Sequence record: NC_031039.1 | Reading direction: 5' to 3' (one strand) | Length of the DNA stretch: 64,000 bases | Shown: positions 38,521 to 49,430 of the stretch, in pieces | How positions within the stretch are numbered: the first letter of the stretch is position 1 | How the letters are laid out: each line of letters opens with the position of its first letter | The notes under the pieces: model-generated | Databases searched by the model: none | What the model saw: only the letters and a program-made list of their open reading frames with translations | What the model was told of the DNA's origin: nothing | Position numbers and translations under genes: made by a program

Positions 38521-41484
38521 ATGGCTACTGAAGCTAGTACATCACAATCAATTTCTACTGGTACTGAAGTAAGTCCTACTTGGTTACACCCAAGCGTTAC
38601 AAGTGTAATCAATAGTGAAGAGATCACTTATCAAAGTGGCTCTGGACAACAAAAAATGCTTTCTATCTTTACTTCTGAAAAAGGTGAAGATAATAAACTA
38701 GTACTATATACTGATCCTGATGAATTTATTGCCAAAACTGGTAATCCAAATCTTAAAAAATATGGTCAATCAGCTTATAACATCATTAACTGGTTAAAGG
38801 CTGGTGGTGAAGTTTATGGTATGCGTGTAATGCCTGATAATGCAGGTTTTGCTCATGCATTCTTAAATGTTCTTTCTAAAGTTGATACTAAAAAAGTCAA
38901 GGATAAGGACGGTAATGCTGTTTCCTATAAAAATGTTACATTGAAACCAGCAGTTGCTTATTCAGATGTAAATAATGTATCTGAAACACTATTAAATTAT
39001 GAATTAAATAAAGATAGATCATCTGATGAGACTATTGATGGATTTAAGAATCACTTATTATTTGCAGTCTATCCTACAGGACGAGGAAGTGCATATAATA
39101 ACTTGGGATTCCGAATCACTCTAAATACTTCTTATGATGAACAACACGATTTCCGTGTTTATAACTTTGAAGTAATTAGATATGATGAATATAATACCGC
39201 TAATATTATTGAAGGACCATTTTACGTATCTTTGAGTCCAGATGCTCTTTCTTCATCTAATGAAAGTATGTTTATTGAGGATGTAGTTAATAAATATTCT
39301 ACTCATTTAAGATGTATGTTTAATGAAGATGCTTTCCTTGATCTTTGTCGTACTATTAATCCAGATGTTTCTCCATCTAAGATTGATCCACTAACAGGTA
39401 AGACAAGAACTGTTCGAGGTGTAGTTGATACTTTCTATAGTAACATTACTAAGAAATTTGAAGATACACATATTTCTTTACACCGCTATGATACTAATGG
39501 AAATGTTATGACTGATTCTAACGATAATCCAATCTTGAATATTATTGATGCTGGTGATCTAATTGAGCAATCAATTCTATTGGCAGATAACACTTATCGT
39601 AAACGTATGTATGAAAGATATCTTGCTGGTATCGATTATATGAAACAAGTGTTCAATAGTATTGAGAATAATGATTATAATACAATCATTACTAAATTGC
39701 TTTATACTCCTGATGGTGTAACTCCTGAATCTGGTTTAATCCCAGAAATGGTTGAAAAGCTAAATGGTTATCATACTACTATTCAAAACCTTGTAACAGT
39801 ATTTAATAGTAGTCATTTAGAATCAGATTTCAATCGGATTGTCACTGAGAATACTCTTGTTGAACAAGGCATTAAAGATATTATGAGTCTGATTGGTCAA
39901 CTTCTAAGTTATCATAAAGCATTAGAAATGAGTTCAACAGTTCTTGATCTAGATGAGAAAGTTAATTCTGTTTACAATAAGTTAAATCTTAAAGAGATTA
40001 TTGATATCCGTGCAGTTTCTAAAAAAGATAAGATTAATGAAATTTCTGACACTATTCTTACTTTAAAAGGAACTGGTGATGAAGATGAACAAGCAAGTGC
40101 TTTAACCTCTATTCTTTCTGATGTTAAAACAACTATTGATTATCTTCTTATGATCATCAATGAAAATTCTCTATCTGCTACAGATATTAACCAAGCAGTA
40201 ACTCGTTATAATGCAATCATTGATATGTATAATGCTATCTTTGATCCAATTGTATCTAATGATGCGGCTAAAACTATTCTTGCTAATATTTATAACAGTC
40301 TAGATGAATTAGTTGCAGATCTTTATAATATTTGTGAACTTGCTATCGTTAATATTGATTTACTTATTATTGACGATATTATTAGTAAGAAAATTGCAAA
40401 TATTGTATCTGGTATTGTTCCTGTAACATATACTAATACTGAATTGTATGCACAAAAGGTTTCTACAACTGAAGGCAAGGCTGAACTCTTATCTAGTATT
40501 CGTAAGAATATTGATAACTCTACAGCTGTTGTAACTGTGATGAAATCTATTGTTTATACTACTCAACTTCAAGATTTTAATTCTCCTGCTATTTTTATGA
40601 ATGGTAGTGATGGTGATCTTGATGAAAGTAATCCTACACTTAAGAGTAAAACTATGTTGAGCCTCCTAGTTAAAGGATATCAAGGATTAATTGATGATAG
40701 TGTTACTAATCGTAAGGTTGCTCCTTTCCAATTTGTATTAGATGCCAATTATCCAACAGATGTTAAGAATGCAATTGTTACACTGGCGAGAGATATCCGT
40801 AAAGATATTTTCTTCTATGCAGATTCTGGTATTCAAGCTAGTCCAGCAGATGCTATTAGTTGGAGAAATGCTTCTTTCAATGTATCTTCCCAATTCCTTG
40901 GAATTTATACTCAAGACTTCGTAGTTTATGATGAGTATAATGGAAGAGATATTAAAGTAACACCAACTTATTTCTTGGCTACTAAGATTCCTAGTGTTGC
41001 ATCTCAATATGGATTGCAATATCCAATTGCAGGTAATAAACGTGGTACAATTGATGGATTTAAGTCTATTAGTTATGTACCAAATGAATCTTATAAAGAA
41101 CAATTATATACTCGTCAATTGAACTATGTAGAACATGATAGTAAACGTACTAAGTTTGGTATTCAATTAACAGCTGATATGCAAAGAACTCCATTATCTA
41201 ATATCAATAACGCTATCATTGCTCTTGATATCAAACGTAATGTTGAGGAAATGGCTGAAGATTATCAATTCGAGTTTGAAGATGATGAAACTATCAGAAC
41301 ATTCCAGTACAATCTTAATGATTATCTATCTACCTACATTTCTAATAGAAGTTGTGATGAAATTTCTGCAACCGTATATGCATCTGATTATGATAAAACT
41401 CAACAGATTCTTCGTGTTAAAATCACAGTTAAGTTTAAAGCGGTTGTTGAACGCATCGTAATTAGTATTGATGTAGTTAAGTAA
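38521..41484 (+). CDS. Contractile tail sheath protein
   Basis: 987 aa. N-terminal F....G.PN..KYGQ; C-terminal sheath pattern (FVLDANY, PIAG..RG, Y.FEF.D..T). Precedes the tail tube gene. Confidence 0.85.
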   Translation: MATEASTSQSISTGTEVSPTWLHPSVTSVINSEEITYQSGSGQQKMLSIFTSEKGEDNKLVLYTDPDEFIAKTGNPNLKKYGQSAYNIINWLKAGGEVYGMRVMPDNAGFAHAFLNVLSKVDTKKVKDKDGNAVSYKNVTLKPAVAYSDVNNVSETLLNYELNKDRSSDETIDGFKNHLLFAVYPTGRGSAYNNLGFRITLNTSYDEQHDFRVYNFEVIRYDEYNTANIIEGPFYVSLSPDALSSSNESMFIEDVVNKYSTHLRCMFNEDAFLDLCRTINPDVSPSKIDPLTGKTRTVRGVVDTFYSNITKKFEDTHISLHRYDTNGNVMTDSNDNPILNIIDAGDLIEQSILLADNTYRKRMYERYLAGIDYMKQVFNSIENNDYNTIITKLLYTPDGVTPESGLIPEMVEKLNGYHTTIQNLVTVFNSSHLESDFNRIVTENTLVEQGIKDIMSLIGQLLSYHKALEMSSTVLDLDEKVNSVYNKLNLKEIIDIRAVSKKDKINEISDTILTLKGTGDEDEQASALTSILSDVKTTIDYLLMIINENSLSATDINQAVTRYNAIIDMYNAIFDPIVSNDAAKTILANIYNSLDELVADLYNICELAIVNIDLLIIDDIISKKIANIVSGIVPVTYTNTELYAQKVSTTEGKAELLSSIRKNIDNSTAVVTVMKSIVYTTQLQDFNSPAIFMNGSDGDLDESNPTLKSKTMLSLLVKGYQGLIDDSVTNRKVAPFQFVLDANYPTDVKNAIVTLARDIRKDIFFYADSGIQASPADAISWRNASFNVSSQFLGIYTQDFVVYDEYNGRDIKVTPTYFLATKIPSVASQYGLQYPIAGNKRGTIDGFKSISYVPNESYKEQLYTRQLNYVEHDSKRTKFGIQLTADMQRTPLSNINNAIIALDIKRNVEEMAEDYQFEFEDDETIRTFQYNLNDYLSTYISNRSCDEISATVYASDYDKTQQILRVKITVKFKAVVERIVISIDVVK

Positions 41485-41593
41485 TACAGTAATAATGTAT
41501 AGTGTGAGGATAATTGCCTCACACTATACTATTTATAATAATTAAACATATTGATATAGAACTTTTATATTATGAGAGAAAGGTGAATGATTA

Positions 41594-42391
41594 ATGATTA
41601 AACAAGGTAACGTTAGAGTTTTTGACTCTTCACTGGCGCAACAGCAATCATTCTTCACTGGTGGCTTAAATCTCAAACAACTAGCTTTTGACCCATTGGT
41701 TACTGGTTATGCGTTTATTGTTTGGACTAAATTACCAAAATGGATTGTCCAAGAATATCCGGGATTCAAAGCTATGACAGAGAAGAACTTTAAAGGATTC
41801 ACTGGTCTAGAAGATATGGAACTTCAGACACAACAATACCAATATGGTTTTGCTAACAATGATTATAATGTTGCGGCTGGTATTACTAAAAATAACACTG
41901 AATTCACTCTTCGTCATCAAGAGTATTCTGGTAGTCCTATTAAAAATATGTATCAGTTCTGGGTTTCTTCTATTTCAGATCCAGAGACAGGTATTGCAAC
42001 ATATCCAAAAGTATATGGAATGGAATATGCGGCTAAAAACCATACTGGCGAGTTAATGTACATTGTTACACGTCCTGACGTTAATAATACTGAAAAACGA
42101 AATATCGAACAGGCTGTTTATTATACTAATGTAATGCCTAAACGTATTCCATTATCTCATTTTGATTATACTCAAGGTGAACATAACCTAGTTGAGCTTG
42201 AAATTCCATTTAGTGGTAATATGCATATTTCTTCTAAAGTAGATAACTATGCTAAGAAACTTCTTGCTACTACTTACTCCTTTGTTACTGCTGGTCTATT
42301 TGATCCAGAAAAAGCTAATGTTGGTGGACGTTATCTTTCTGAATTTAATAATAGTGCTGGTAGCGTACAACAAGGTCTTGGTGATATTTAA
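41594..42391 (+). CDS. Tail tube protein
   Basis: Follows the sheath gene with its own late promoter (41545-41556); T4 gp19-like size and pattern. Confidence 0.7.
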   Translation: MIKQGNVRVFDSSLAQQQSFFTGGLNLKQLAFDPLVTGYAFIVWTKLPKWIVQEYPGFKAMTEKNFKGFTGLEDMELQTQQYQYGFANNDYNVAAGITKNNTEFTLRHQEYSGSPIKNMYQFWVSSISDPETGIATYPKVYGMEYAAKNHTGELMYIVTRPDVNNTEKRNIEQAVYYTNVMPKRIPLSHFDYTQGEHNLVELEIPFSGNMHISSKVDNYAKKLLATTYSFVTAGLFDPEKANVGGRYLSEFNNSAGSVQQGLGDI

Positions 42392-42442
42392 TAATAAAAT
42401 AAAAGCATATATCTTAATTGATATATGCTTTTATTCTTTAAA

Positions 42443-44638
42443 TTAGAATCCTCCTCCTAAGTCTCCTCCATCACCTTCAGAATTATTTGTCTTAAGGGCA
42501 TTTTCAGTAGAATCCATTAGAGCATCTTCGTATAATCTATCCATTAGATCCCAATCAATATTTGGAATCATTTGTCTAACAATTTTCTTCTTAAAACTAG
42601 TCTTTTTAGATGTATCTGCATCTGTTTCGTCTATATAGGAAGATGTAATAAAATCAACCGTTTGACTAGCATTAGAAATCTGATCATTAATATTAGTCAG
42701 ATTAAGGGATATTGGGGGTGGAAATAGTACTTCAATATCATTAACATCAATATAATCTTGACTATCTTTTTTCTTCTTTTCATTATCTTTATCTTTTCTA
42801 TTATCATTTAAATGATATTCATTGCGATATAATATTCTAATTAATTCTGAAAAGCTCTCAGAGAATGATGCTTGATCTGATACAATAGTTCTTACAAATG
42901 TAGAGTTTTGCATAACAAGTGATCTAGCAAAATCAACATCTTGAGAAGCATCAATATAGTTAGCAGGTACTCCTGTACCATTTACTGCTGACTTTAATAA
43001 GAATTGAAGGAAATCACTATCTGCGTCCACATCCATACCACTCAATGTATCAAAGTCTAAAGGTTTTTCTCCATCTATAAGAGGAATATAGTAGTCATCA
43101 AATACTCCAATACTATTTAGAATTGTAGAAACACTTTTTAAAATATCTGTCTGAATTTCTTTTGACTTAATATCTTTAACTACTCCTTGAATAGCACCTT
43201 CAATATCTGCGTCTAATCCAGTTTCAACATACACCAAACGTTTATCCCTACCACGAGAGATCTTTTGCATTAATTCTGTAATCAAAGTAGCAAGATATAA
43301 TTTAGCAAAGAACAGACTTCTTGCTAATTTTGATTGTCCATATAATTCATCACTATCAGTCATAAAATGTACTACCTCATCTGGTGCTAGGTAGGTAATC
43401 TTAACTTTCTTTTCAGTGATATATTTTTCCTTTAATAACGCATAGATATAGTCTTTGAATTCTTTATTATCTTTAATGAATTCATTATCTATCTTTTTTG
43501 AAATCCCTTTAATAAACACATTGGCAATAATTTCTTCTCTATCCTTATGATTTGATTGCTCAATATCTACTCTTGAATTGAAGAAATCACTAATTGCTGT
43601 TGTACCTGAACCCTGTGTTGCAATCTCATCAGTCTTTTCAATATGAATATAACCAAAATTTATTCCATCTACTTCGAGTTTAATAACATTCTCAGGTGAA
43701 AGCATTCTTATAATAGAACCCTTAATACCAAAATGTGTAAACTCATCCTCATCATTTTCCTTATTTTTCTTTTTATTTAATTGAGATAATCCATCCGCAG
43801 ATAAGTTAAGTAAAGATTTTCTTGGATCATCTTCATAATCAATATTATTATTTATAACACTTGAGATTTCTGATTTAATCTGATTATAATTATACTCTGA
43901 TTTCTCATTCAAATTAGTTTCGAATAGCATTTTTAAATCTTTATCATCAATATCTTCTTTCATGATAAATCTAGAATTTTGCTGTTCCTCATTATTTGAA
44001 TTAAATAAATCCTTATTATCTTCTGTTAATAGCATTTTATTAAATTCTTCATCATACTTTAATACTGCAACAAAATAATCACCAAGCGTTAATGTTTTTC
44101 TTATAATATTCTTTGCTCTCTTATTTAATTTATACTTTTTAACGAGGAAGTTAGTATTCTTTATAACATCGTTACTTAATTCATCTTTTACTTTATCTGA
44201 TTTATAACGGATATTTAAAGAGTCTTTAGTCAAATCATCTGGTGACATGATACTATCTCTATAAACATTAATACACTCAGCTAATTGAGGAATATAAGAG
44301 TAGATAATACTATAATCACTATATCTAGAGATTCTTTCTTTTTCAAAACCCATTAATTGTGATAAATTCTCTTTGGATAAGACTTTTTCTAACTGACCTT
44401 TATCAAATTTCTTCTTAGGTTTTTCTCCACTCATATTAGCATCATTATTAAATTCAGATGCATTTAGAAAGTCCATCATATTTGGAGTAGTATAAGATTT
44501 ATTTTGATCTATAATCTTATTAATAGAGTTAGATATTTCTTTTGTATCGTTCTCGAAATTATCAGATGTATCAGTACCAAAGATCTGATTATTTATCTTA
44601 TGTTCTAAACCATCAATTTTTCCTCTTGGATCTGCCAT
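42443..44638 (-). CDS. Portal protein (T4 gp20-like)
   Basis: PQLAECINVY...IMSPD, RGRDKRLVYVETG, DDYYIPLIDG, A..VP patterns; late promoter at 44667-44678. Confidence 0.85.
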   Translation of the reverse strand: MADPRGKIDGLEHKINNQIFGTDTSDNFENDTKEISNSINKIIDQNKSYTTPNMMDFLNASEFNNDANMSGEKPKKKFDKGQLEKVLSKENLSQLMGFEKERISRYSDYSIIYSYIPQLAECINVYRDSIMSPDDLTKDSLNIRYKSDKVKDELSNDVIKNTNFLVKKYKLNKRAKNIIRKTLTLGDYFVAVLKYDEEFNKMLLTEDNKDLFNSNNEEQQNSRFIMKEDIDDKDLKMLFETNLNEKSEYNYNQIKSEISSVINNNIDYEDDPRKSLLNLSADGLSQLNKKKNKENDEDEFTHFGIKGSIIRMLSPENVIKLEVDGINFGYIHIEKTDEIATQGSGTTAISDFFNSRVDIEQSNHKDREEIIANVFIKGISKKIDNEFIKDNKEFKDYIYALLKEKYITEKKVKITYLAPDEVVHFMTDSDELYGQSKLARSLFFAKLYLATLITELMQKISRGRDKRLVYVETGLDADIEGAIQGVVKDIKSKEIQTDILKSVSTILNSIGVFDDYYIPLIDGEKPLDFDTLSGMDVDADSDFLQFLLKSAVNGTGVPANYIDASQDVDFARSLVMQNSTFVRTIVSDQASFSESFSELIRILYRNEYHLNDNRKDKDNEKKKKDSQDYIDVNDIEVLFPPPISLNLTNINDQISNASQTVDFITSSYIDETDADTSKKTSFKKKIVRQMIPNIDWDLMDRLYEDALMDSTENALKTNNSEGDGGDLGGGF

Positions 44639-44725
44639 TTCATCACCTTTTTCTATTTCAACATTATAATTAAATGTTTTTCTTTATGAAAAAAATAAAA
44701 AAAAAATAAAGCATGTTTACATGCT

Positions 44726-45493
44726 TTATTCTGCTATATCAGTAATAAGTATATACTGTTTTACCTCAATATTATTTGAAGGAACAATAATCTCGATAAT
44801 ATAGAGATTTTCATCTGAATTATAATCATATAATTTAAAATAGATATCTTGTTTAGATGTCTTAGTACCTTTGAATCCAACTAAAAATTTCTTATTATAA
44901 ATTATTCTAATATAGCTATCATCATCTTCTAATTTTTCATCTATAGTACAATTACCAGTATTAGGGTAGAAATAAATAGAAAATGGTGAATTCTTATATT
45001 CTTTTATTACCTCGGTTTGATCACTATTTAATTGAAATTCTCCTAATAACTTATAGTTTTCTATCTTAAATCTATTAGAATCATCAATGAATTCATATTT
45101 TTGTTCTACTAAAGGAACGTCAGTGTTAAATTCAATATAATTATTATCTATTCTTACTTCAGTTATATTATTCTTATATTCTTTAAAAAAGGCATAATAA
45201 TCAGATCCCCTAATGGAAAATCTACAATTATTAATTATATCTTCTAAAAATGCATTCTTTTTAGAATAGACAGGATAAGCAGTAATATAAGGAGTTAGTT
45301 GTTCATGACCATTAGCAATTATAACTCCATTAATGTAGTTATAATGTTCCCTGCTATTATGTACCTTTTTCATATATTGATTAAGATCATTAAGCAGTTT
45401 ACAAAATTCTTTAACCTCATTCGCATCAGATAATACAATCATATTATCACTCCTATTATAATGATTCCAGTAGAATTTATCTACTGGAATCAC
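44726..45493 (-). CDS. Hypothetical protein in the DNA polymerase operon
   Basis: Long ORF downstream of the polB and exonuclease genes. Confidence 0.6.
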   Translation of the reverse strand: MIPVDKFYWNHYNRSDNMIVLSDANEVKEFCKLLNDLNQYMKKVHNSREHYNYINGVIIANGHEQLTPYITAYPVYSKKNAFLEDIINNCRFSIRGSDYYAFFKEYKNNITEVRIDNNYIEFNTDVPLVEQKYEFIDDSNRFKIENYKLLGEFQLNSDQTEVIKEYKNSPFSIYFYPNTGNCTIDEKLEDDDSYIRIIYNKKFLVGFKGTKTSKQDIYFKLYDYNSDENLYIIEIIVPSNNIEVKQYILITDIAE

Positions 45494-45549
45494 ATTTATT
45501 TATCTTTCCACTGATTTAATAACAATTTCCCTTTTTCATAATATATCCC

Positions 45550-45786
45550 TCATTTACTTGTTATCTGTTCTTTATTTTTAACTTGAGATTTCTTTAGACG
45601 CTTATTTTGGTGTTCTAATAAGTTATTATAACTGTTAATCCTAATGTTCTCATTTGATAAGTATTCAGTTTTTGTCCGTTCTTCATTATATTTATCCATT
45701 AAACTTCGATATTTATATAATAACGAAAAAGCAGCAATATTAACTATCACAAATTCCACTCCTAGAAATACCTTAATAATATCCAA
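45550..45786 (-). CDS. Small single-TM coiled-coil protein
   Basis: N-terminal hydrophobic helix. Confidence 0.55.
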   Translation of the reverse strand: MDIIKVFLGVEFVIVNIAAFSLLYKYRSLMDKYNEERTKTEYLSNENIRINSYNNLLEHQNKRLKKSQVKNKEQITSK

Positions 45787-45799
45787 TATTATATCCCCT

Positions 45800-46393
45800 T
45801 TAGTGTTTTTTACTAACTAATGCTCTCTTATTAATTACCTTTCTATGATAAGCACTATTAAGTTTGTAATAACATTCTTTAATTACTTTAGCATCATGGA
45901 GTGCATTATGTTTATTTTCACTAAATGGTAATCCAATATATTCTTCTCGATTAATATCAGGATCAATGTCTAGGATTTTAAATAGAGTACAAATATCGAA
46001 AGGAATATAATTAATATTATCTGGAATGTCGAAAGCACTACCAAATAAATTATTAAATAATATCCAATCATAAGATAAACAATCAGACCACATGTCAATG
46101 TAATCAAACTGTTCTAACCATGTTTCTAATGCTTCTTTAATTTCTTTAGAATTTCCTTTCATTGTTACAGTGTAATCATCTCTATTAGACTTAAAATTAT
46201 TAAATTGATTATAATCATTGTATAGTAATTTATCAATAACATTTTCCTGTAACCATTCATCTACTTGATCTTTGTTATAATCATTAAATTCAGCATAAAA
46301 AGATCTTCCATTTTCAGCAACTAATCCAATACTAATAAGACTGGTCTCCTGATGAAGACCAGTAAATTCTGTATCAAAGAAAATTTTTGCCAT
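45800..46393 (-). CDS. DEDDh 3'-5' exonuclease (Rv2179c-like)
   Basis: FFDTEFTGLHQETSLISIGLV, SYDW, and HNALHDAK. Confidence 0.85.
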   Translation of the reverse strand: MAKIFFDTEFTGLHQETSLISIGLVAENGRSFYAEFNDYNKDQVDEWLQENVIDKLLYNDYNQFNNFKSNRDDYTVTMKGNSKEIKEALETWLEQFDYIDMWSDCLSYDWILFNNLFGSAFDIPDNINYIPFDICTLFKILDIDPDINREEYIGLPFSENKHNALHDAKVIKECYYKLNSAYHRKVINKRALVSKKH

Positions 46394-46406
46394 TTATATC
46401 TCTCCC

Positions 46407-48071
46407 TTAAGATACTTGTAATTGTTTTTGCTGTTTTAATTTTTGAATTAAATCACTTGTTGTTGGCAAATTATGCCATTTATTACCAAAATTAATATAG
46501 TCCTTACTTGAATAATCATCAACATATTCTTTTGATATATCATTGCCATCTTCTTCAATAATGACTCTTCCATAACATGTTTCAGGAGAGATATTAAATG
46601 CTTGAATAATTGATGGATATAGAGAGCTTAAATCAAAGTCGATACAATTCTCAAATAGGAATTTAGATTTTTCCCCTAATAACTCAATACCAATATTATC
46701 AATATTATTTGGATTAGCTACAAACGCACCTTTAATTTTTCCCTCAGTTTGCTCTCTAATTTTTGCTCTATTATTAGAGATATAAACTCCTTTTTCACGA
46801 TAGAATTTAGAAGCAAGATTTCGTAAACAAATTGTTTTCTTCATTGCTTTCTCAATACGTGTTTCAGTTAACATTGCTACTGAATAGATTGCATCAACAT
46901 CTCTATTCTTTTCTTCCATCATCATCATCATAACAGTATCTTGAATATTATAAAACATAAATTTCTTATAATCGGTAATATGGAAAGTTTTAAATCCTTC
47001 TTCCATTACATCTTTTGTTAGACCTACTTCTTTTTCCCCAATATAGTCCAAACTATAAGACTCTTCTTTACCCATACCTTTTCTTAAGTTAGCATAGAGG
47101 TTCATTGCATCTAGATATACTGAATAAGATGTAACATTCATTTCATTACCATTATCAGATGGATCTTGGTTAAATGTATCTTTTCTATAGCTAACTCTCT
47201 TATATTTAAATTCTTTTGGACACATAATATCTTCTGGATTATATCCTAATCTCATAATTCTATTCATTAAATAAGGATTATCGAATCCATGTCCATTCCA
47301 AGCTAATACAAAATCAGGTTTAATTTCAATATTAATAAGATCGTAGAATCGTTTTATCATATGAATCTCACTTTCCCATTCTTCAATGATAAAATTCATC
47401 TTTCTACCTTTTAAGATCTTTTTATATCTTTCTTCTAGTTCACTCTTAATACTATCTAGGTTACTCATTGTTTCTACATAAGTATCATGATTATATTTTA
47501 AGCAAAGTGTATAACAATTAAGATTATCCATATCAATAAGTGTCATAATATTTACTGGTGCTTCAGCTTCTTCTGGTTCAGGGAATCCAACAATTTTCTC
47601 AATATCAACCTCTATATCGTATACCACTTTAGTTAAACCGAAGTTATTTTTATCGACTGGGTGTTTCTTTAAAAATTGAGAAATATAATAATCTTGAATG
47701 TTTACATCTGAACCATGTAAACGATAGTCTAAATGAATTCGATTTAATTTCTTTCCAATTCCATAGCCGCCAGATTTTATTGTATCCCAGAAATAATTTG
47801 TAAGATTCTGATCATTTAATGTAGTGATAATTGACTTATATAAATCTTTCGCATAACATTTGATTGGAAGTACCTTATCTTTTTCAATGTAGTTTCTTAG
47901 TTTTCCATCCCAATATTGTGGTTTTGTAATGTAATATTCAATGACTGGTTTTTCAATTGTTTCACAACGCTTATTACCATTTTCATCTTTAACAATAAAT
48001 AGTACCTTATCAAAACCATCTTTACTTTTTCTATCTGGATAAAAATAATGTGTGTTAATCATCTGAACCAT
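46407..48071 (-). CDS. Family B DNA polymerase, N-terminal subunit (exonuclease + motif A)
   Basis: YDIEVD, AWNGHGFDNPY, YNIQDT, DFDLSSLYPSIIQAFNISPET; ends before motifs B/C. Confidence 0.88.
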   Translation of the reverse strand: MVQMINTHYFYPDRKSKDGFDKVLFIVKDENGNKRCETIEKPVIEYYITKPQYWDGKLRNYIEKDKVLPIKCYAKDLYKSIITTLNDQNLTNYFWDTIKSGGYGIGKKLNRIHLDYRLHGSDVNIQDYYISQFLKKHPVDKNNFGLTKVVYDIEVDIEKIVGFPEPEEAEAPVNIMTLIDMDNLNCYTLCLKYNHDTYVETMSNLDSIKSELEERYKKILKGRKMNFIIEEWESEIHMIKRFYDLINIEIKPDFVLAWNGHGFDNPYLMNRIMRLGYNPEDIMCPKEFKYKRVSYRKDTFNQDPSDNGNEMNVTSYSVYLDAMNLYANLRKGMGKEESYSLDYIGEKEVGLTKDVMEEGFKTFHITDYKKFMFYNIQDTVMMMMMEEKNRDVDAIYSVAMLTETRIEKAMKKTICLRNLASKFYREKGVYISNNRAKIREQTEGKIKGAFVANPNNIDNIGIELLGEKSKFLFENCIDFDLSSLYPSIIQAFNISPETCYGRVIIEEDGNDISKEYVDDYSSKDYINFGNKWHNLPTTSDLIQKLKQQKQLQVS

Positions 48072-48231
48072 AAATTTATAACCTCCTCAATATTCATCAA
48101 TAATTTAGTTTTCCATTTTTATAAAAAGTTAGGCTAAATCACTATATTCTTCCTTTCTATTTATGTAATCATTTATATAATATATATTTAAAGTGGTTAT
48201 GTGAATTTAATATCCACATAACCACTTTTTA

Positions 48232-48486
48232 TTATCTAGTATTTACTTTATTAGCCTTTAGTTTAATTAATTTTAATTTTCCGTCTGAAAATTCTACAGT
48301 CATCTTATCAGTTTCACCATTACTGTTGACTTTAATAATATTTTTAATACTATATCCATAAGTAGTAGCATTACTTACTTCATTAATTACCTCTTCCTCT
48401 GATTTTGCTTGGTTGAAGTATATTTCATCATTTTCATCTTTACTAATTACTATAAAGCTATTCTTTTCAATTTTTTCTTTATTCAT
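48232..48486 (-). CDS. Hypothetical protein
   Basis: ORF in a tightly packed minus-strand cluster. Confidence 0.6.
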   Translation of the reverse strand: MNKEKIEKNSFIVISKDENDEIYFNQAKSEEEVINEVSNATTYGYSIKNIIKVNSNGETDKMTVEFSDGKLKLIKLKANKVNTR

Positions 48487-48513
48487 TTTATCTTCATCCT
48501 TTGATAAATTATT

Positions 48514-48894
48514 TTAATTACTCTCAGATCCAAATTTCTTTTTTAGTTCTTCATATCTTTTTCTATCTGCTTCTTCTTTTCTTCTTAGATGATCTTTTCT
48601 AACTTGCTCTTGCTTTCTCTTAACTTCTTTATCATACTCTTCCCAATCTTTTTCAGTAATAATTCCTCTCTTATTAAGTTCATCTCTAACATATTTGTCA
48701 TTATATAGACTATATTGTGCTTGTATTTTTGGATATACTCTAATTTCAGTGTCCCCAAATTCATCAGTCTTTTGCTGAATCAAACAAACTCCACCATCTT
48801 TAGTAGCAATAGTAGTATAGTCGGCAAATTGATTTGCTGAAACAAAGCCAATTACTTTTCCTTCTAAATCATTAGTATCATCGATAAAATACAT
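48514..48894 (-). CDS. Hypothetical protein
   Basis: ORF in a tightly packed cluster; GGAGG RBS. Confidence 0.6.
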   Translation of the reverse strand: MYFIDDTNDLEGKVIGFVSANQFADYTTIATKDGGVCLIQQKTDEFGDTEIRVYPKIQAQYSLYNDKYVRDELNKRGIITEKDWEEYDKEVKRKQEQVRKDHLRRKEEADRKRYEELKKKFGSESN

Positions 48895-48898
48895 ACTA

Positions 48899-49174
48899 TT
48901 ACACCTCCTTATTTTTACGTCTATCTAATTTAAAGACATCATTTAGATAAAGGGCAAGCCAGTCTAATTCCAATTCTGTTTTCCCTCTTCCATTTTTAAT
49001 ACTTTTACGAATTGCATTATTTACATCTGAAATTCCTTTATTTTTTCTGAATAAATATTTTCCTTCAATAGCTTGTTCTAAATCTTCTTTATTTTTAATA
49101 TTTCCAAAGAAAAATTGACCTGCAAGATCTTTTAAATTATATACTTCTTTCATTATTAGTCTCCTAACATTCAC
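48899..49174 (-). CDS. Hypothetical protein
   Basis: ORF in a tightly packed cluster. Confidence 0.55.
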   Translation of the reverse strand: MNVRRLIMKEVYNLKDLAGQFFFGNIKNKEDLEQAIEGKYLFRKNKGISDVNNAIRKSIKNGRGKTELELDWLALYLNDVFKLDRRKNKEV

Positions 49175-49430
49175 TACATTTTTTACATACTCTATAATAA
49201 TAAAATTTGCCTAAATCAGTTCCTACCCAATATTGACAACTATTTCCCTTTTGTATCATCTCATTACAGAATTCACATATAAAATTTTTTCTTGATTCTC
49301 TAACTTGTCTAATTTTCATGAATGGAGGATAGGTGGGGATTCTTCCTAACCTCTCATCATTATTATAAAATTCACTCATTATTCTTGAATAGATTAATAA
49401 AATTCCAAATATCCCCATAAGAAATATCAT
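49164..49430 (-). CDS. Small zinc-finger protein
   Basis: CEFC...CKKC. Confidence 0.55.
   Translation of the reverse strand: MIFLMGIFGILLIYSRIMSEFYNNDERLGRIPTYPPFMKIRQVRESRKNFICEFCNEMIQKGNSCQYWVGTDLGKFYYYRVCKKCSEC

Noticed and set aside
44726-45493. Sliding clamp assignment
   Set aside because: Size and position next to polB fit, but I recognise no motif. It would need a structure prediction.
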